In this document: positions 9,452 through 19,429 of the stretch, one piece after another
Numbering within the stretch: position 1 is the stretch's first letter
How the letters are laid out: the number at the start of each line of letters is the position of its first letter
NCBI GenBank assembly: GCA_944326945.1
Contig: CALVFY010000008.1
Location: 9,994-73,993 of the forward strand
Direction: 5' to 3'
Length of the DNA stretch: 64,000 bases
DNA from: an uncultured Rikenellaceae bacterium
GTDB lineage: Bacteria; Bacteroidota; Bacteroidia; Bacteroidales; Rikenellaceae
Made by a program: the position numbers and the translations under genes
The notes under the pieces: generated by a model
Told to the model about the DNA's origin: nothing
Seen by the model: only the letters and a program-made list of their open reading frames with translations
Databases searched by the model: none

Positions 9452-10747
9452 TCAATAAATGTTCATTTTCGGATGCCAAGGGAAAGTGCGACGAACGATC
9501 CGCACCATCTTTCGAGTCTTCTGAATCAAATAGGCGTTACTGCTTTCGGCATATTTTTCATACAGCGGAGCCGTATATCCCCGAATGGTAAGCAACTCCA
9601 TATCGGAGTTATAGACCACACGAAACTCCGATTGAAGTCGTTCCACCACCTGTTTCAGCTGACGCGAGGCATCGACACAGATACTCAGATTCACCGCAGA
9701 ACTCTGGATCAGATTGGTGTGGATATGATACTGTTCGAGCAACGAGAAAATATCGACCATCCGCTCCTCGATCACAAAGGAAAAATCCTTCGGACGGATC
9801 GACAGCAGCACCTGATTGGGCTTGAAGATCAGAATCGGAGCTTCAATCCGGCCCGTCATCTCCCCCCGAATCACACTACCCGGTTTCCGTTTGTCCGAAA
9901 ACGGCCGCACATAGAGCGGAATATTCTTGTTTTGAAGCGGCTTTATGGTCTTGGGATGAATGATCTGCGCCCCGCTGTAAGCCAATTCAATAGCATCGAG
10001 ATAGGTGAGTTCCGGGATATGGACCGTATCCGAAAAGATCTTGGGATCGGCATTGAGAATTCCCTCCACGTCTTTCCAGATGGAGAGACTCTCCGCGTCG
10101 AGCAGATTAGCCACCACGGCCGCCGAATAGTCCGATCCCTCACGCCCCAAAGTGGTAGGCTCGCCGGCTGCCGTCGAACCGATAAACCCCTGCCCCACAA
10201 ACACACGTCCCTCTGCCCCGGAAACAGCCCTCTTCAATAAAGGCGCCGAAAGCGACAGATTGATATTGGCATCCCGGTGTCGCGTACTGGTCACAAAACA
10301 GCGACGCATATCGATCCAGCGATTCGAGACTCCGGCATGACGGAGATAGGCCGAAACGATCGTTGTGGAGATCAACTCTCCGAAACTGACAATACGATCA
10401 TACCACCGGTCGTAGTCGGTTTCCCGAGGTTCCTCTCCGGAGAGAATCTCCCGCACTTCCCGATAAAGAGTCTCCACGGCATCGGACACCTCGACAGGAA
10501 CCCTCTCCGGAAAAAGTCCGGCAAGAATTTCGGCATGATTCCGCTCAACCCGTGCGAAAGCCTCCAACGCACCCTTCCGATCACCAGCCATAAAACGTTC
10601 GAGCACACCCTCCAATGCATTGGTAGTTTTTCCCATGGCTGATACCACGACAAAAAGCGGGCCCGGTTCATCGCGGACAATATCGCACAAATTTCTCACT
10701 CCGTCGGCCGAACGGACCGACGCTCCTCCGAATTTATAGACTTTCAT
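9452..10747 (-). CDS. lysC: Aspartate kinase
   Basis: 431-aa ORF. The N-terminus is MKVYKFGGASV...VVVSAMGKTTNALE. The kinase core has GREGSDYSAA, and the C-terminal ACT-like region is present. Confidence 0.85.
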   Translation of the reverse strand: MKVYKFGGASVRSADGVRNLCDIVRDEPGPLFVVVSAMGKTTNALEGVLERFMAGDRKGALEAFARVERNHAEILAGLFPERVPVEVSDAVETLYREVREILSGEEPRETDYDRWYDRIVSFGELISTTIVSAYLRHAGVSNRWIDMRRCFVTSTRHRDANINLSLSAPLLKRAVSGAEGRVFVGQGFIGSTAAGEPTTLGREGSDYSAAVVANLLDAESLSIWKDVEGILNADPKIFSDTVHIPELTYLDAIELAYSGAQIIHPKTIKPLQNKNIPLYVRPFSDKRKPGSVIRGEMTGRIEAPILIFKPNQVLLSIRPKDFSFVIEERMVDIFSLLEQYHIHTNLIQSSAVNLSICVDASRQLKQVVERLQSEFRVVYNSDMELLTIRGYTAPLYEKYAESSNAYLIQKTRKMVRIVRRTFPWHPKMNIY

Positions 10748-10768
10748 GAAACGACGCTGTTAGAAATA

Positions 10769-10790
10769 CCTCCCGGATCAATCCGGGAGG
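10769..10790 (-). terminator. Stem-loop between the prolyl oligopeptidase stop and the lysC start
   Basis: Perfect 9-bp GC-rich inverted repeat CCTCCCGGA-tcaa-TCCGGGAGG. Only a weak T tract follows on the minus strand. Confidence 0.45.
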
Positions 10791-10801
10791 CTTGAAACTC
10801 C

Positions 10802-12946
10802 TTATTTTTTGAAATCGACCGGCGTATTCGTATTCCAGAACAGGAATGAAAACGTATCGGCTTGTTCTTCGATCTTCTTGGCAATCGGTTTGCCTGCTCC
10901 GTGTCCGGCTTTGCTGTCGATACGGATCAGCACCGGTTTGTCACATGCCTGGGCAGCCTGCAGCGTGGCAGCAAACTTGAACGAATGAGCGGGCACCACC
11001 CGGTCGTCATGGTCGGCCGTGGTAACCAGCGTGGCCGGATAACAGGTTCCCGGTTTGATGTTGTGCAGCGGAGAATATTTATAGATATATTGGAACTGCT
11101 CGGGGACATCACTGCAACCGTATTCTACCACCCAGCCCCAGCCGACTGTAAATTTATGGAAACGAAGCATATCCATCACGCCCACAGCTGGAAGTGCCAC
11201 GGCGAAAAGATCGGGACGTTGTGTCATGCAGGCGCCCACCAGCAATCCTCCGTTCGATCCCCCGGCGATAGCCAGTTTTTCGGGCGAGGTGTATCCATTG
11301 GCCACGAGATACTCGGCTGCGGCGATAAAGTCATCGAACACATTCTGTTTCTTTTCGAGCATACCGCCCCGGTGCCATTTCTCGCCGTATTCGTTCCCTC
11401 CGCGCAGGTTGGGAATAGCCACGATTCCGCCTTGTTCCATCATCAGCACATAAGTCGGACTGAAACCAGGCGTCAGACCGATATTGAAACCGCCATAACC
11501 GTAGAGATAAACCGGATTCTGACCATTGAGTTTCATATCCTTCCGGTGTACAAGGAACATGGAGACCTGCGTACCGTCTTTGCTGGGATAGAACACCTGT
11601 TCGGTGGTGTAGAGATCCGGATCGAACGGCAGTTCCGGACGCAGGAAGAGCGTCGATTCGCCATTGGCCAGATCATAACGATAGATCGACGCCGGCGCGG
11701 TGAACGTACCCATGGCATAGAAGGTCTCCGTATACTTTTTCTTGCCGGAGAAACCCCATGTAGCACCAATCCCGGGCAATTCCACTTCACGTACCAGCTT
11801 ACCTTCGGGCGTATACTGATAAACTCTATTCATGGCCTTTTCCAGATAGGAGGCCATCAGGTAACCGCCCACCGAGCTAACGGTCTCCAGCATGGAAGAG
11901 TCCTCGGGAATCACATCCCGGGCACTCTTGCGAGGATCGAACAAAGCCAGATTCACCTCGATCACCTTATAATTGGGCGCTCCCTCGTTGGTATAGACCC
12001 AAGCCCGGTCATTCTCACACTCCACCATCCCGTAATCATATTCGAACCCGGGGAACAGCACCCGGAAACCGGCTCCCGGACGACGCTGATCCTTATAGTA
12101 GATCTCTATACCGTGAGTTCCCTCCGAGGCTGAGACAAACAGATAGTGGCCGTCGCTGCTCTCCCATGCATTGAAATAGCGAAGAGGATTCTTCGGGTCC
12201 TCGTACACCAGCACATCCTGCTCCTGAGACTGTCCCAGCACATGATAATAGACCTTCTGGAATCGATTCTGCCCCGATAGCTCTTCTCCCTTGGTCGGTT
12301 CATCGTAGCGGCTGTAATAGAATCCTTTCGAATCGGCGCCCCAGCTGGCTACGGAAAACTTCACCCATTTAATGACGTCGGGCAACAACGTTTTGGTAGC
12401 GACCTCCATCACCCGAATCTCCACCCAATCGGAGCCCGAAGCAGCCGCCGAATAGGAGAGATAACGTCCATCCTCGGAGAATGAAATCCCCGCCAGAGCC
12501 ACCGTACCATCCTCGGAGAGGGTATTCGGATCGAGGAACACCTCCGGAGTGCCGTCCAGCCCCTTCTGACGATAAAGAATACTCTGGTTCCGCAGTCCGT
12601 CGTTACGGAACGTGAAATAATAATCGCCCACTTTCTCAGGAATTCCCTCCTTCGGATAATTCCACAATTGAGTCAGCCGCTCCTTCACCGCATTTCGGTA
12701 AGGTATTTGCGAGATATAATCATTGGTGACCTCATTTTCGGCGGCGACCCATTCGGCCACTTCAGCCGACTGATCGTTCTCCATCCACCGGTAGGGATCG
12801 GCCACAAGCGTACCGTGGTAATTATCCACCGTGGAGTCCATACGGGCCACAGGATAAGGTTTCGTTTTGATTTTCATATTGTTTTTACAATCGACGCAAC
12901 CGATGGCTACGGCTCCTAACAAAAAAAAGTAAATCGTTTTTTTCAT
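10802..12946 (-). CDS. Prolyl oligopeptidase (S9A serine endopeptidase)
   Basis: The ORF runs to 12988, but the likely start is the internal MKKTIYFFLLGAVAIGC at 12946. The catalytic Ser motif GGSNGGLLVGA and the C-terminal AGHGAGKP are present. The N-terminal beta-propeller region is typical of the family. Confidence 0.85.
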   Translation of the reverse strand: MKKTIYFFLLGAVAIGCVDCKNNMKIKTKPYPVARMDSTVDNYHGTLVADPYRWMENDQSAEVAEWVAAENEVTNDYISQIPYRNAVKERLTQLWNYPKEGIPEKVGDYYFTFRNDGLRNQSILYRQKGLDGTPEVFLDPNTLSEDGTVALAGISFSEDGRYLSYSAAASGSDWVEIRVMEVATKTLLPDVIKWVKFSVASWGADSKGFYYSRYDEPTKGEELSGQNRFQKVYYHVLGQSQEQDVLVYEDPKNPLRYFNAWESSDGHYLFVSASEGTHGIEIYYKDQRRPGAGFRVLFPGFEYDYGMVECENDRAWVYTNEGAPNYKVIEVNLALFDPRKSARDVIPEDSSMLETVSSVGGYLMASYLEKAMNRVYQYTPEGKLVREVELPGIGATWGFSGKKKYTETFYAMGTFTAPASIYRYDLANGESTLFLRPELPFDPDLYTTEQVFYPSKDGTQVSMFLVHRKDMKLNGQNPVYLYGYGGFNIGLTPGFSPTYVLMMEQGGIVAIPNLRGGNEYGEKWHRGGMLEKKQNVFDDFIAAAEYLVANGYTSPEKLAIAGGSNGGLLVGACMTQRPDLFAVALPAVGVMDMLRFHKFTVGWGWVVEYGCSDVPEQFQYIYKYSPLHNIKPGTCYPATLVTTADHDDRVVPAHSFKFAATLQAAQACDKPVLIRIDSKAGHGAGKPIAKKIEEQADTFSFLFWNTNTPVDFKK

Positions 12947-13055
12947 GATGCCACTGATGTCTAACATTGACTGCATAAGGAAAAGCAAATTTACGAAATT
13001 ATTTAAATGTTTTACAATTAACAGTATATTTTATCGTTTTTTTGGAGAAAATTCA

Positions 13056-13063
13056 TACTTTTG
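13056..13063 (+). promoter_or_regulatory. Candidate Bacteroidota -7 promoter box (TACTTTTG) upstream of dapD
   Basis: Matches the TAnnTTTG consensus, 65 nt upstream of the dapD ATG. No well-spaced -33 TTTG was seen. Confidence 0.3.
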
Positions 13064-13127
13064 TCGCATCTTGGGGTATTGGGCGATGACTCATTTCCAA
13101 ATGTAATAATTTAAGGAAGGACAAACC

Positions 13128-13952
13128 ATGTACGAGAATCTGAAATGTGAGGTAGAGAAAATATGGAGCGACCGCAGTCGGCTCGCAGTCGAGGAGTGCA
13201 AACAGATAATCCGCGAGGTGATCGACCTGCTCGACAAAGGGCTTGTACGCACGGCCGAACCCATCCCTGGAAGTGATCAATGGCAGGTAAACGAATGGGT
13301 GAAAAAAGCTGTATTGCTTTATTTTCCGATTCAATCCATGACAGTAGCTGAAGTCGGCATGATGGAATATCACGACAAAATGGCGCTCAAAACCGGATAT
13401 GAGAAATCCGGTGTACGGGTAGTGCCTCCCGCTGTTGCCCGTTACGGAGCCTATCTGGCCCCGGGCGTAGTGATGATGCCCTCCTACGTGAACATCGGCG
13501 CCCGTGTAGGCGAGGGGACAATGGTCGACACATGGGCTACGGTAGGTTCTTGTGCTCAAATCGGAAGTTATGTCCATCTGAGCGGAGGTGTCGGAATCGG
13601 CGGAGTATTGGAACCGGTCCAGGCCGCTCCGGTGATCGTGGAAGACCACTGTTTCATCGGATCGCGCTGCATCATCGTGGAAGGGGCCCATATCGGACAC
13701 GAAGCCGTGCTGGGAGCCAATGTCGTCATCACGGGATCGACCAAAATCATCGACGTGTCGGGTCCGGAACCCCTCTATTATAAAGGTTATGTCCCGCCTC
13801 GGTCGGTAGTGATACCGGGCACCTACTCCAAAGAATTTCCCGCAGGCACATTCGGGGTGCCCTGCGCATTGATTATCGGTCAGAGAAAAGCCTCTACCGA
13901 CACCAAGACCACGCTTAACGATGCCTTACGCACGTTCAGCGTCCCAGTCTAA
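13128..13952 (+). CDS. dapD: 2,3,4,5-tetrahydropyridine-2,6-dicarboxylate N-succinyltransferase
   Basis: 274-aa ORF with left-handed beta-helix hexapeptide repeats (GARVGEGTMVD...GSCAQIGSYVHLSGGVGIGG...). The N-terminal domain is typical of DapD. Confidence 0.85.
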   Translation: MYENLKCEVEKIWSDRSRLAVEECKQIIREVIDLLDKGLVRTAEPIPGSDQWQVNEWVKKAVLLYFPIQSMTVAEVGMMEYHDKMALKTGYEKSGVRVVPPAVARYGAYLAPGVVMMPSYVNIGARVGEGTMVDTWATVGSCAQIGSYVHLSGGVGIGGVLEPVQAAPVIVEDHCFIGSRCIIVEGAHIGHEAVLGANVVITGSTKIIDVSGPEPLYYKGYVPPRSVVIPGTYSKEFPAGTFGVPCALIIGQRKASTDTKTTLNDALRTFSVPV

Positions 13953-13966
13953 TTTAACAATTGATT

Positions 13967-16831
13967 ATGAAAAAACTTTATCGGATACTTTTTCTCTTAC
14001 TTGCCGTTGTCGGTATATTTTCATGCACCGACATCGACAACTTGAGTGACAACAACCAAATTTCGGGACTCAACATACTCTCCTATTCGCCTCAGACCAT
14101 CGAATTAGGAGAGGTGGAGATGCAGCAGGACACCTTTTACATCCCTATTATATATGGGAAGTATGAATTCCCGCTACGTTTCTATGCACAATTGGAATTC
14201 GACGCGGACATTGACAAGGTGATCGGTATCGATTTCAGCGAAGAACAATGTTTGGAAAGCATAGACGATGTGATCCAATTCTATGTCATGGCTCATAGCG
14301 GATTGACCCGGACCTACTATATCAAGGCCAAAGAAATTCCTTTGGACGAAGACAACTATATCCAACGCCTTTTCTCTGTACACGATGCCACTCCCGGAGT
14401 CCGTATCTCCAGCGAGGGGGCCTATTCCACCAAAGGCGATACCCTGAAGATCTACTCCGTAGGAGGCTCCTATCCCATCGATGTAACTCCTGAATTTACC
14501 GTCAGCACAGAAGCTTCGATCCGTAATTTCGACAACGGACAAACCTCGCTCTCCTTTACGGACCGAACTACCACTCACAAGATTAAAGTCTCATCCAAGA
14601 GCGGCGCTGAACGCATCTGGAATATCCGATTAATCAATCTGCCGGTGGTGAGCGGAGCGGATGGCACCAGCACCGAAACACAAAGAGCCGGAACCAACAT
14701 AGAGCCCAGGGAGTTCAATGCGTCATTACCAGACGTCTCCGAATTCGAGATTTATGAGTCCCTCGTAGACAATACCAATGAAAAAATCACATTGACATTG
14801 AAAGAGTCCGAGACTCAAAACACGGCCTCGACCCGTGCAGCCAATGTAACTTTTCCGCTCAAAGTCCAAATCTCATTTACCAGTTTTGAAGGTGTTCAAC
14901 TGCTGGTAGACGACCCCGAAAACGAACACACCTTCGCGCCCTTCGCCAACGATACGACACTGACTTTCAACAGCTACGAAGACGTCCATGACTTCTACAT
15001 GCTCGACACGGAAAGCGAAGTAGCCCGTCACTGGCAAATCGCACTCGAGGAGTGGATCGAAGGAGGAGCCAATGTCCTCTCGTTCGCCTACGATTACGAT
15101 GCGGCAGACGTCAAGATCAGTCGGTACTATCAGCCATGGCCACCTCAATTTATCTACACGTATGCGCCGAGCATTGAACTGGATCGGTCGAACGTGGAGA
15201 TCTATCCCAAAACCGCAGAGATATACATCAATGCAACGGCTATAGCTACCGAATTCGCTTCAGCAGGCTCCTGCGACAAAGACTGGTCGCTCACGCTGAA
15301 AGACATAGACATCTCGCTCTCCAAAGGAGCCACCTGCACCTTGCCCACCTTCTCCTGGGTATCGAACTACGAGGGAGGAATCTTGGGCTGGGGAGAGAAA
15401 CCGAACGATTGCTGGAAGGAGGAGAAGAGTTTCACGGTGACGGCCGAAGACGGTACGGAGAAGACCTGGACACTGAAAATCCGGGAACCGAACAGCTTCA
15501 CTCCAAGTACCGAATGCGATCTGCTGGCGTTCAACATCGAACGAATCATGCCCAACTACGCGAAAATCGATGAACTGGGAACGACAATAGACAGTGAAAA
15601 CCGCACCGTTACGATCAAACTGATTGAAGACGACGGCTGTTATCCGCTTTCGATCTATCCGATCTACACCTATTCGGATTACGCCTCGATCTCTACTCAG
15701 AACGGAGGAACAGAACCGTTGATCTTCGAGAATGCAGAATCTACACAAAACGTGACGATCCTCGCCCAGGATAAGACAACCTCTTCGACCTGGACCGTCA
15801 AACTTCAGGCTCCGCCCAAGGAGGCTCAGGCGAATGTCACTGATTTCAAAGTAACAAGTGTCAGTTCAGGATCGGACATAAGCAGTATCTCCAAAGACGA
15901 CGAACAAGGAGTTATCAAACTGCACTTGAGCAAAGCCCCCGTGTTCCCCATGGAAATAGGCTATTCAATGACCCTCTCCTCAAAAGCCACATCTGATCTG
16001 CCTGTACGAGGGACACTGTCGTTTAACTCCTACACGGATATCCGTATCTTCACGATAACGGCCCAAAACGGCAATACGAAGTTATGGAAAATCAAACCGA
16101 TCTACGAACCTCAATTGGAAAACTGGACCTTGGACAGTTGGACAAAAGATTCACAATACGGATTGGATATCCCCACCTCTGACGAAGTTTGGGCCACGGC
16201 CAACAACACCTTCACCACGATGACCACCCCTACTACGGGTGTTTCGGGACTGGCTGCCAAACTGGAATCGAAAAACGCACCGATCATCAATACATTCGCA
16301 GCAGGATCGGTCTTCACCGGATGGTTCGATACGGGTCATGCGGCCTCGCTCGGATTGAGAGATCCGGTTAAACTAACCCATTTCGGAATTCCGTGGGAGT
16401 CGTCCAGCCGGATAGTCGGAGTCGAAGCCCAGGTATCCTATCACCCCGGAGGAGGCGCCGGCAGCGACAACGGCTCCATTCAACTCTATCTGATACGCTA
16501 CGACGGATCGGGGAAAATGGAATTCCACGGCAACAAACCGGGAACGAGTACTCCTCATGAAGACAATAATGCCATAGCCGTAGCCAGCGGATATACTCTG
16601 ATCGGCACCCAAGCCGGCACCGGCAACAATGGATCTGCCATCACCGTCGTACCCGACGGAACGTGGACCGAAGTATTCGTTCCATTCAACTACCCAGGAG
16701 GGGTGGTTCCGGACTACACTCACTTGAGTATCTGTTTCTCGTCGAGTTACGAAGGCGACAGCTTCAAAGGGACGGTAGGCAGCACCCTGAAAGTCGACAA
16801 CGTTAAGATTATTTATGCAGAAGATGAATAA
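13967..16831 (+). CDS. Large surface lipoprotein with repeated Ig-like modules and a C-terminal PCMD (putative carbohydrate metabolism) domain
   Basis: The ORF opens at TTG 13961, but the ATG at 13967 gives the lipoprotein signal MKKLYRILFLLLAVVGIFSC. The C-terminal ~220 aa (LENWTLDSW...WATANN...FTGWFD...FGIPW...KVDNVKIIY) resembles the PCMD domain. Upstream modules each end in W-x-[IV]-x-[LIP]. Confidence 0.6.
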   Translation: MKKLYRILFLLLAVVGIFSCTDIDNLSDNNQISGLNILSYSPQTIELGEVEMQQDTFYIPIIYGKYEFPLRFYAQLEFDADIDKVIGIDFSEEQCLESIDDVIQFYVMAHSGLTRTYYIKAKEIPLDEDNYIQRLFSVHDATPGVRISSEGAYSTKGDTLKIYSVGGSYPIDVTPEFTVSTEASIRNFDNGQTSLSFTDRTTTHKIKVSSKSGAERIWNIRLINLPVVSGADGTSTETQRAGTNIEPREFNASLPDVSEFEIYESLVDNTNEKITLTLKESETQNTASTRAANVTFPLKVQISFTSFEGVQLLVDDPENEHTFAPFANDTTLTFNSYEDVHDFYMLDTESEVARHWQIALEEWIEGGANVLSFAYDYDAADVKISRYYQPWPPQFIYTYAPSIELDRSNVEIYPKTAEIYINATAIATEFASAGSCDKDWSLTLKDIDISLSKGATCTLPTFSWVSNYEGGILGWGEKPNDCWKEEKSFTVTAEDGTEKTWTLKIREPNSFTPSTECDLLAFNIERIMPNYAKIDELGTTIDSENRTVTIKLIEDDGCYPLSIYPIYTYSDYASISTQNGGTEPLIFENAESTQNVTILAQDKTTSSTWTVKLQAPPKEAQANVTDFKVTSVSSGSDISSISKDDEQGVIKLHLSKAPVFPMEIGYSMTLSSKATSDLPVRGTLSFNSYTDIRIFTITAQNGNTKLWKIKPIYEPQLENWTLDSWTKDSQYGLDIPTSDEVWATANNTFTTMTTPTTGVSGLAAKLESKNAPIINTFAAGSVFTGWFDTGHAASLGLRDPVKLTHFGIPWESSSRIVGVEAQVSYHPGGGAGSDNGSIQLYLIRYDGSGKMEFHGNKPGTSTPHEDNNAIAVASGYTLIGTQAGTGNNGSAITVVPDGTWTEVFVPFNYPGGVVPDYTHLSICFSSSYEGDSFKGTVGSTLKVDNVKIIYAEDE

Positions 16832-17600
16832 ACAAATGCTTAATACCGTTTTAAGCCTGGCATTGGCGATCTGCACCGTTTCGGCATTCGCCCTCCAGCC
16901 AGGCAAAGATCCCGTCAAATTCGCCGTGGGTGTACATGCAGGGATAGATATCGGCGGGGCCGTACCCTATCCCCCCGGCAAGGCAATCGGAGGAGAAAAC
17001 AAAATGAGCGCCACGCCTCGTCTGACTCCTGCCCTGGGACTCTCCTACACCACCATGTTCGGAAAACACTGGTCGGCCGTGGTGGAAAGCACCTACAAAA
17101 CCGTAGCCCTGGATGCCCAAACGTGGGTAGGCCAACAGGGTATGCGCGATCCGGATGACGGCACCTGGCAATATTTCCGCGGCCGAGCCGATGCCAGCAT
17201 GTCATTCTCCATGCTGGAAATTCCGGTATACGTCCGCTATGCCTTCGGAGACGGCACCAATAAGGTATTCCTGGGCGGCTATTACGCCCGAGTATTCAAA
17301 GGAAAGTTTGAGACCACACCGGGTCCCGGCATGGCCACTCCGACCCCGAGCGATGATAAAAGTTGGAGCGTGGTCAACAAGGGAGACATGGGGACTCTGA
17401 ATTTCGACAGCGGTCTCGACAACTGGGACGCAGGAATCATCGTAGGCTACGAGCGTCGGATTATCAATCGGGTAAACCTGAGCGGACGTTTTTCGGCCGG
17501 CTTCAAAGATATCTTCCGCCGGGACAGCCGCTATCTGGAATACGCCATGTTCCACATGAGAGGCACACTGATGCTCAGCTATATGTTCATGCGCAAGTAA
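16815..17600 (+). CDS. Outer-membrane beta-barrel (porin-family/PorT-like) protein
   Basis: 261-aa ORF overlapping the previous stop by 17 nt. It has the signal peptide LNTVLSLALAICTVSAFA, alternating beta-strand pattern, and an aromatic C-terminal region (LMLSYMFMRK). Confidence 0.5.
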   Translation: MQKMNKQMLNTVLSLALAICTVSAFALQPGKDPVKFAVGVHAGIDIGGAVPYPPGKAIGGENKMSATPRLTPALGLSYTTMFGKHWSAVVESTYKTVALDAQTWVGQQGMRDPDDGTWQYFRGRADASMSFSMLEIPVYVRYAFGDGTNKVFLGGYYARVFKGKFETTPGPGMATPTPSDDKSWSVVNKGDMGTLNFDSGLDNWDAGIIVGYERRIINRVNLSGRFSAGFKDIFRRDSRYLEYAMFHMRGTLMLSYMFMRK

Positions 17601-17619
17601 TGAATTTAACGATTACTTA

Positions 17620-17649
17620 AGGGCAGAGCGGGCAGGTTCTGCCCTTTTT
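17620..17649 (+). terminator. Rho-independent terminator
   Basis: AGGGCAGA-gcgggcaggt-TCTGCCCT followed by TTTTC, just after the beta-barrel gene stop. Confidence 0.65.
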
Positions 17650-17680
17650 CTTTCTACTTTTGACTACTCAAATCAATACT

Positions 17681-19429
17681 ATGCAGAGCATATTCATGCA
17701 GATACTCGTCATATTGGGTTCACTCGGGCTCTTCCTCTACGGGATGAAGTGCATGAGCGAAGCATTGCAAAAGATGACAGGAGTAAGGATGCGTCATATT
17801 CTACGCTCAATGACCGCGACACCTCTGCGGGGCGTAGTCATCGGATGTGTCGTCACGGCCGTAATCCAATCTTCGAGTGCCTCATCGGTAATGGTCGTGA
17901 GTTTCGTCCACGCCGGTCTGCTGACCCTCTCCCAGGCCATAGGCATGATAATGGGTGCCAATATCGGAACGACAGCCACGGCATGGATCATCTCTTTGTT
18001 CGGTTTCGAATTCAATCTGGGTATCATGGCACTTCCTCTGATAGCCGTCGGATTCCCCATGCTGATGATTCGACATGAGAGATGGAAATCCGCCGGGGGC
18101 TTTATCATCGGTTTTGCCCTGCTCCTATTGGCCATTCAATCACTCGAAGGAGTTTTCGGATCACTTTCCGACGACGGAGCTTTTGCCCGATATCTGGACA
18201 GACTCAGCGGACAAGGTTATCTTCCATTGCTCTGCTTTACGGGAGTTGGCATCCTGATTACGGCTGTTCTGCAATCCTCCAGCGCCACGATGGCCCTTAC
18301 ACTGGTATTGTGTGGAGGAGGTTGGATACCTTTCGAATGCGGGGCGGCCATGATCCTGGGCGAGAACATCGGAACCACCTCTACGGCCAATATCGCTGCC
18401 GTGATGACTAACACCAACGGCAAACGCGCGGCTTTAGCCCATACACTGTTCAATGTGATCGGCGTTCTGTGGGCTTTTCCTCTGCTCCCCCTCTCGGTCA
18501 AAGCAATCTGTGCCCTGTCCGAAACCCTTGGAACAGCTTCACCATGTGCCGTAGCCGCCACAGCTCCCATTTATCTGGCTTTCTTCCATACGATGTTCAA
18601 CCTGATCAACACGCTGCTGTTGGTGGGATTCATACCTCAGTTGACCCGTCTTACGATCCGCATGATTCCCGGGCAGCATAACTCCCGGGCCCACTCCCGT
18701 CTGCACTACCTGAGTTCGGCACTGCTCTCCACAGGCGGCATATCGATCGTCCAGGCCCAACAAGGACTGGTCGAATACGCCAGAAAAACCGCCACCATGT
18801 TCCACGACGTAAAGGCTCTTTTCCGAGAGACAAACGAAGAGAATTTCGATGCCATTTTCCGCCGGATAGACCTGGCAGAAAAAAACAGCGATCGCACGCG
18901 TAACGAACTATTCCGTTTTCTGGGACGAGCCTCTCGCGAAGATATCGGAGCGGAAGCCAAACGAAATATTGAAATTCTATTCCGGCTCATTTCGGACATG
19001 GAACTCCTCTCGGACAGCAACTACGGTATTGCCAAACTGATCCGCACCAAGAAAGAACGGGGCATCTGGTTCGGATCTTCCATGCGGGAAGGAGTGACCC
19101 AAATGATGGATCTGATCTGCGAAGCGTTCGAGGTGATGCTTCGAAATCTGGACGAAGATCGTCCTCAGAATGTCGGATTGGAAAACGCCTTACGCATCGA
19201 AGACCGTATCAACGACATTCGCACCTCTCTACGCAATGAGTGTCTGACCGAAGACGAAGGAACAGAAAATTCCCGCCAGGCAGGGGATTGTCTTTTCCGA
19301 TCTGGTGACGCGCATAGAACAATTGGCCGACATGATCGTCCGCATATCCGAAGAGAGTTCGGAACTGAAAACAAACCATACATAATCCATCATCCATGCT
19401 TTTCGAACCGCTTTCAGAAAGAGAACTGA
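17681..19429 (+). CDS. Na/Pi cotransporter family protein with a C-terminal PhoU-like domain; the 3' end is apparently frameshifted
   Basis: The ORF opens at TTG 17660, and the first ATG is at 17681 (MQSIFMQILVILGSLGLFLYGMKCMSEAL). Duplicated Na/Pi cotransporter repeats are present (QSSSA twice, GANIGTT and GENIGTT). After the GGGG run at 19283-19286 the adjacent frame reads a typical PhoU-like end, IVFSDLVTRIEQLADMIVRISEESSELKTNHT, with stop at 19383-19385. The annotated frame instead reads an atypical tail that overlaps birA. Confidence 0.8.
   Translation: MQSIFMQILVILGSLGLFLYGMKCMSEALQKMTGVRMRHILRSMTATPLRGVVIGCVVTAVIQSSSASSVMVVSFVHAGLLTLSQAIGMIMGANIGTTATAWIISLFGFEFNLGIMALPLIAVGFPMLMIRHERWKSAGGFIIGFALLLLAIQSLEGVFGSLSDDGAFARYLDRLSGQGYLPLLCFTGVGILITAVLQSSSATMALTLVLCGGGWIPFECGAAMILGENIGTTSTANIAAVMTNTNGKRAALAHTLFNVIGVLWAFPLLPLSVKAICALSETLGTASPCAVAATAPIYLAFFHTMFNLINTLLLVGFIPQLTRLTIRMIPGQHNSRAHSRLHYLSSALLSTGGISIVQAQQGLVEYARKTATMFHDVKALFRETNEENFDAIFRRIDLAEKNSDRTRNELFRFLGRASREDIGAEAKRNIEILFRLISDMELLSDSNYGIAKLIRTKKERGIWFGSSMREGVTQMMDLICEAFEVMLRNLDEDRPQNVGLENALRIEDRINDIRTSLRNECLTEDEGTENSRQAGDCLFRSGDAHRTIGRHDRPHIRREFGTENKPYIIHHPCFSNRFQKEN

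Noticed and set aside
7967-12133. Long antisense ORFs opposite the esterase (7967-9157), lysC (9473-10240) and the prolyl oligopeptidase (10862-12133).
   Set aside because: They are shadow ORFs of confidently assigned genes, with low-complexity Arg/His-rich translations and no independent start context.
10748-13127. A possible lysine riboswitch or leader upstream of lysC (10748-10801) or dapD (12947-13127).
   Set aside because: The lysC leader is only 54 nt and holds just a simple hairpin. The dapD upstream region is 181 nt of AT-rich sequence without the conserved L-box core elements I could recognise.
13961-17680. The TTG starts given by the ORF track for the PCMD lipoprotein (13961) and the Na/Pi cotransporter (17660).
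   Set aside because: In-frame ATG codons a few codons downstream (13967 and 17681) give better N-termini: a lipoprotein signal peptide and a hydrophobic first helix. The TTG extensions are probably just open upstream frame.
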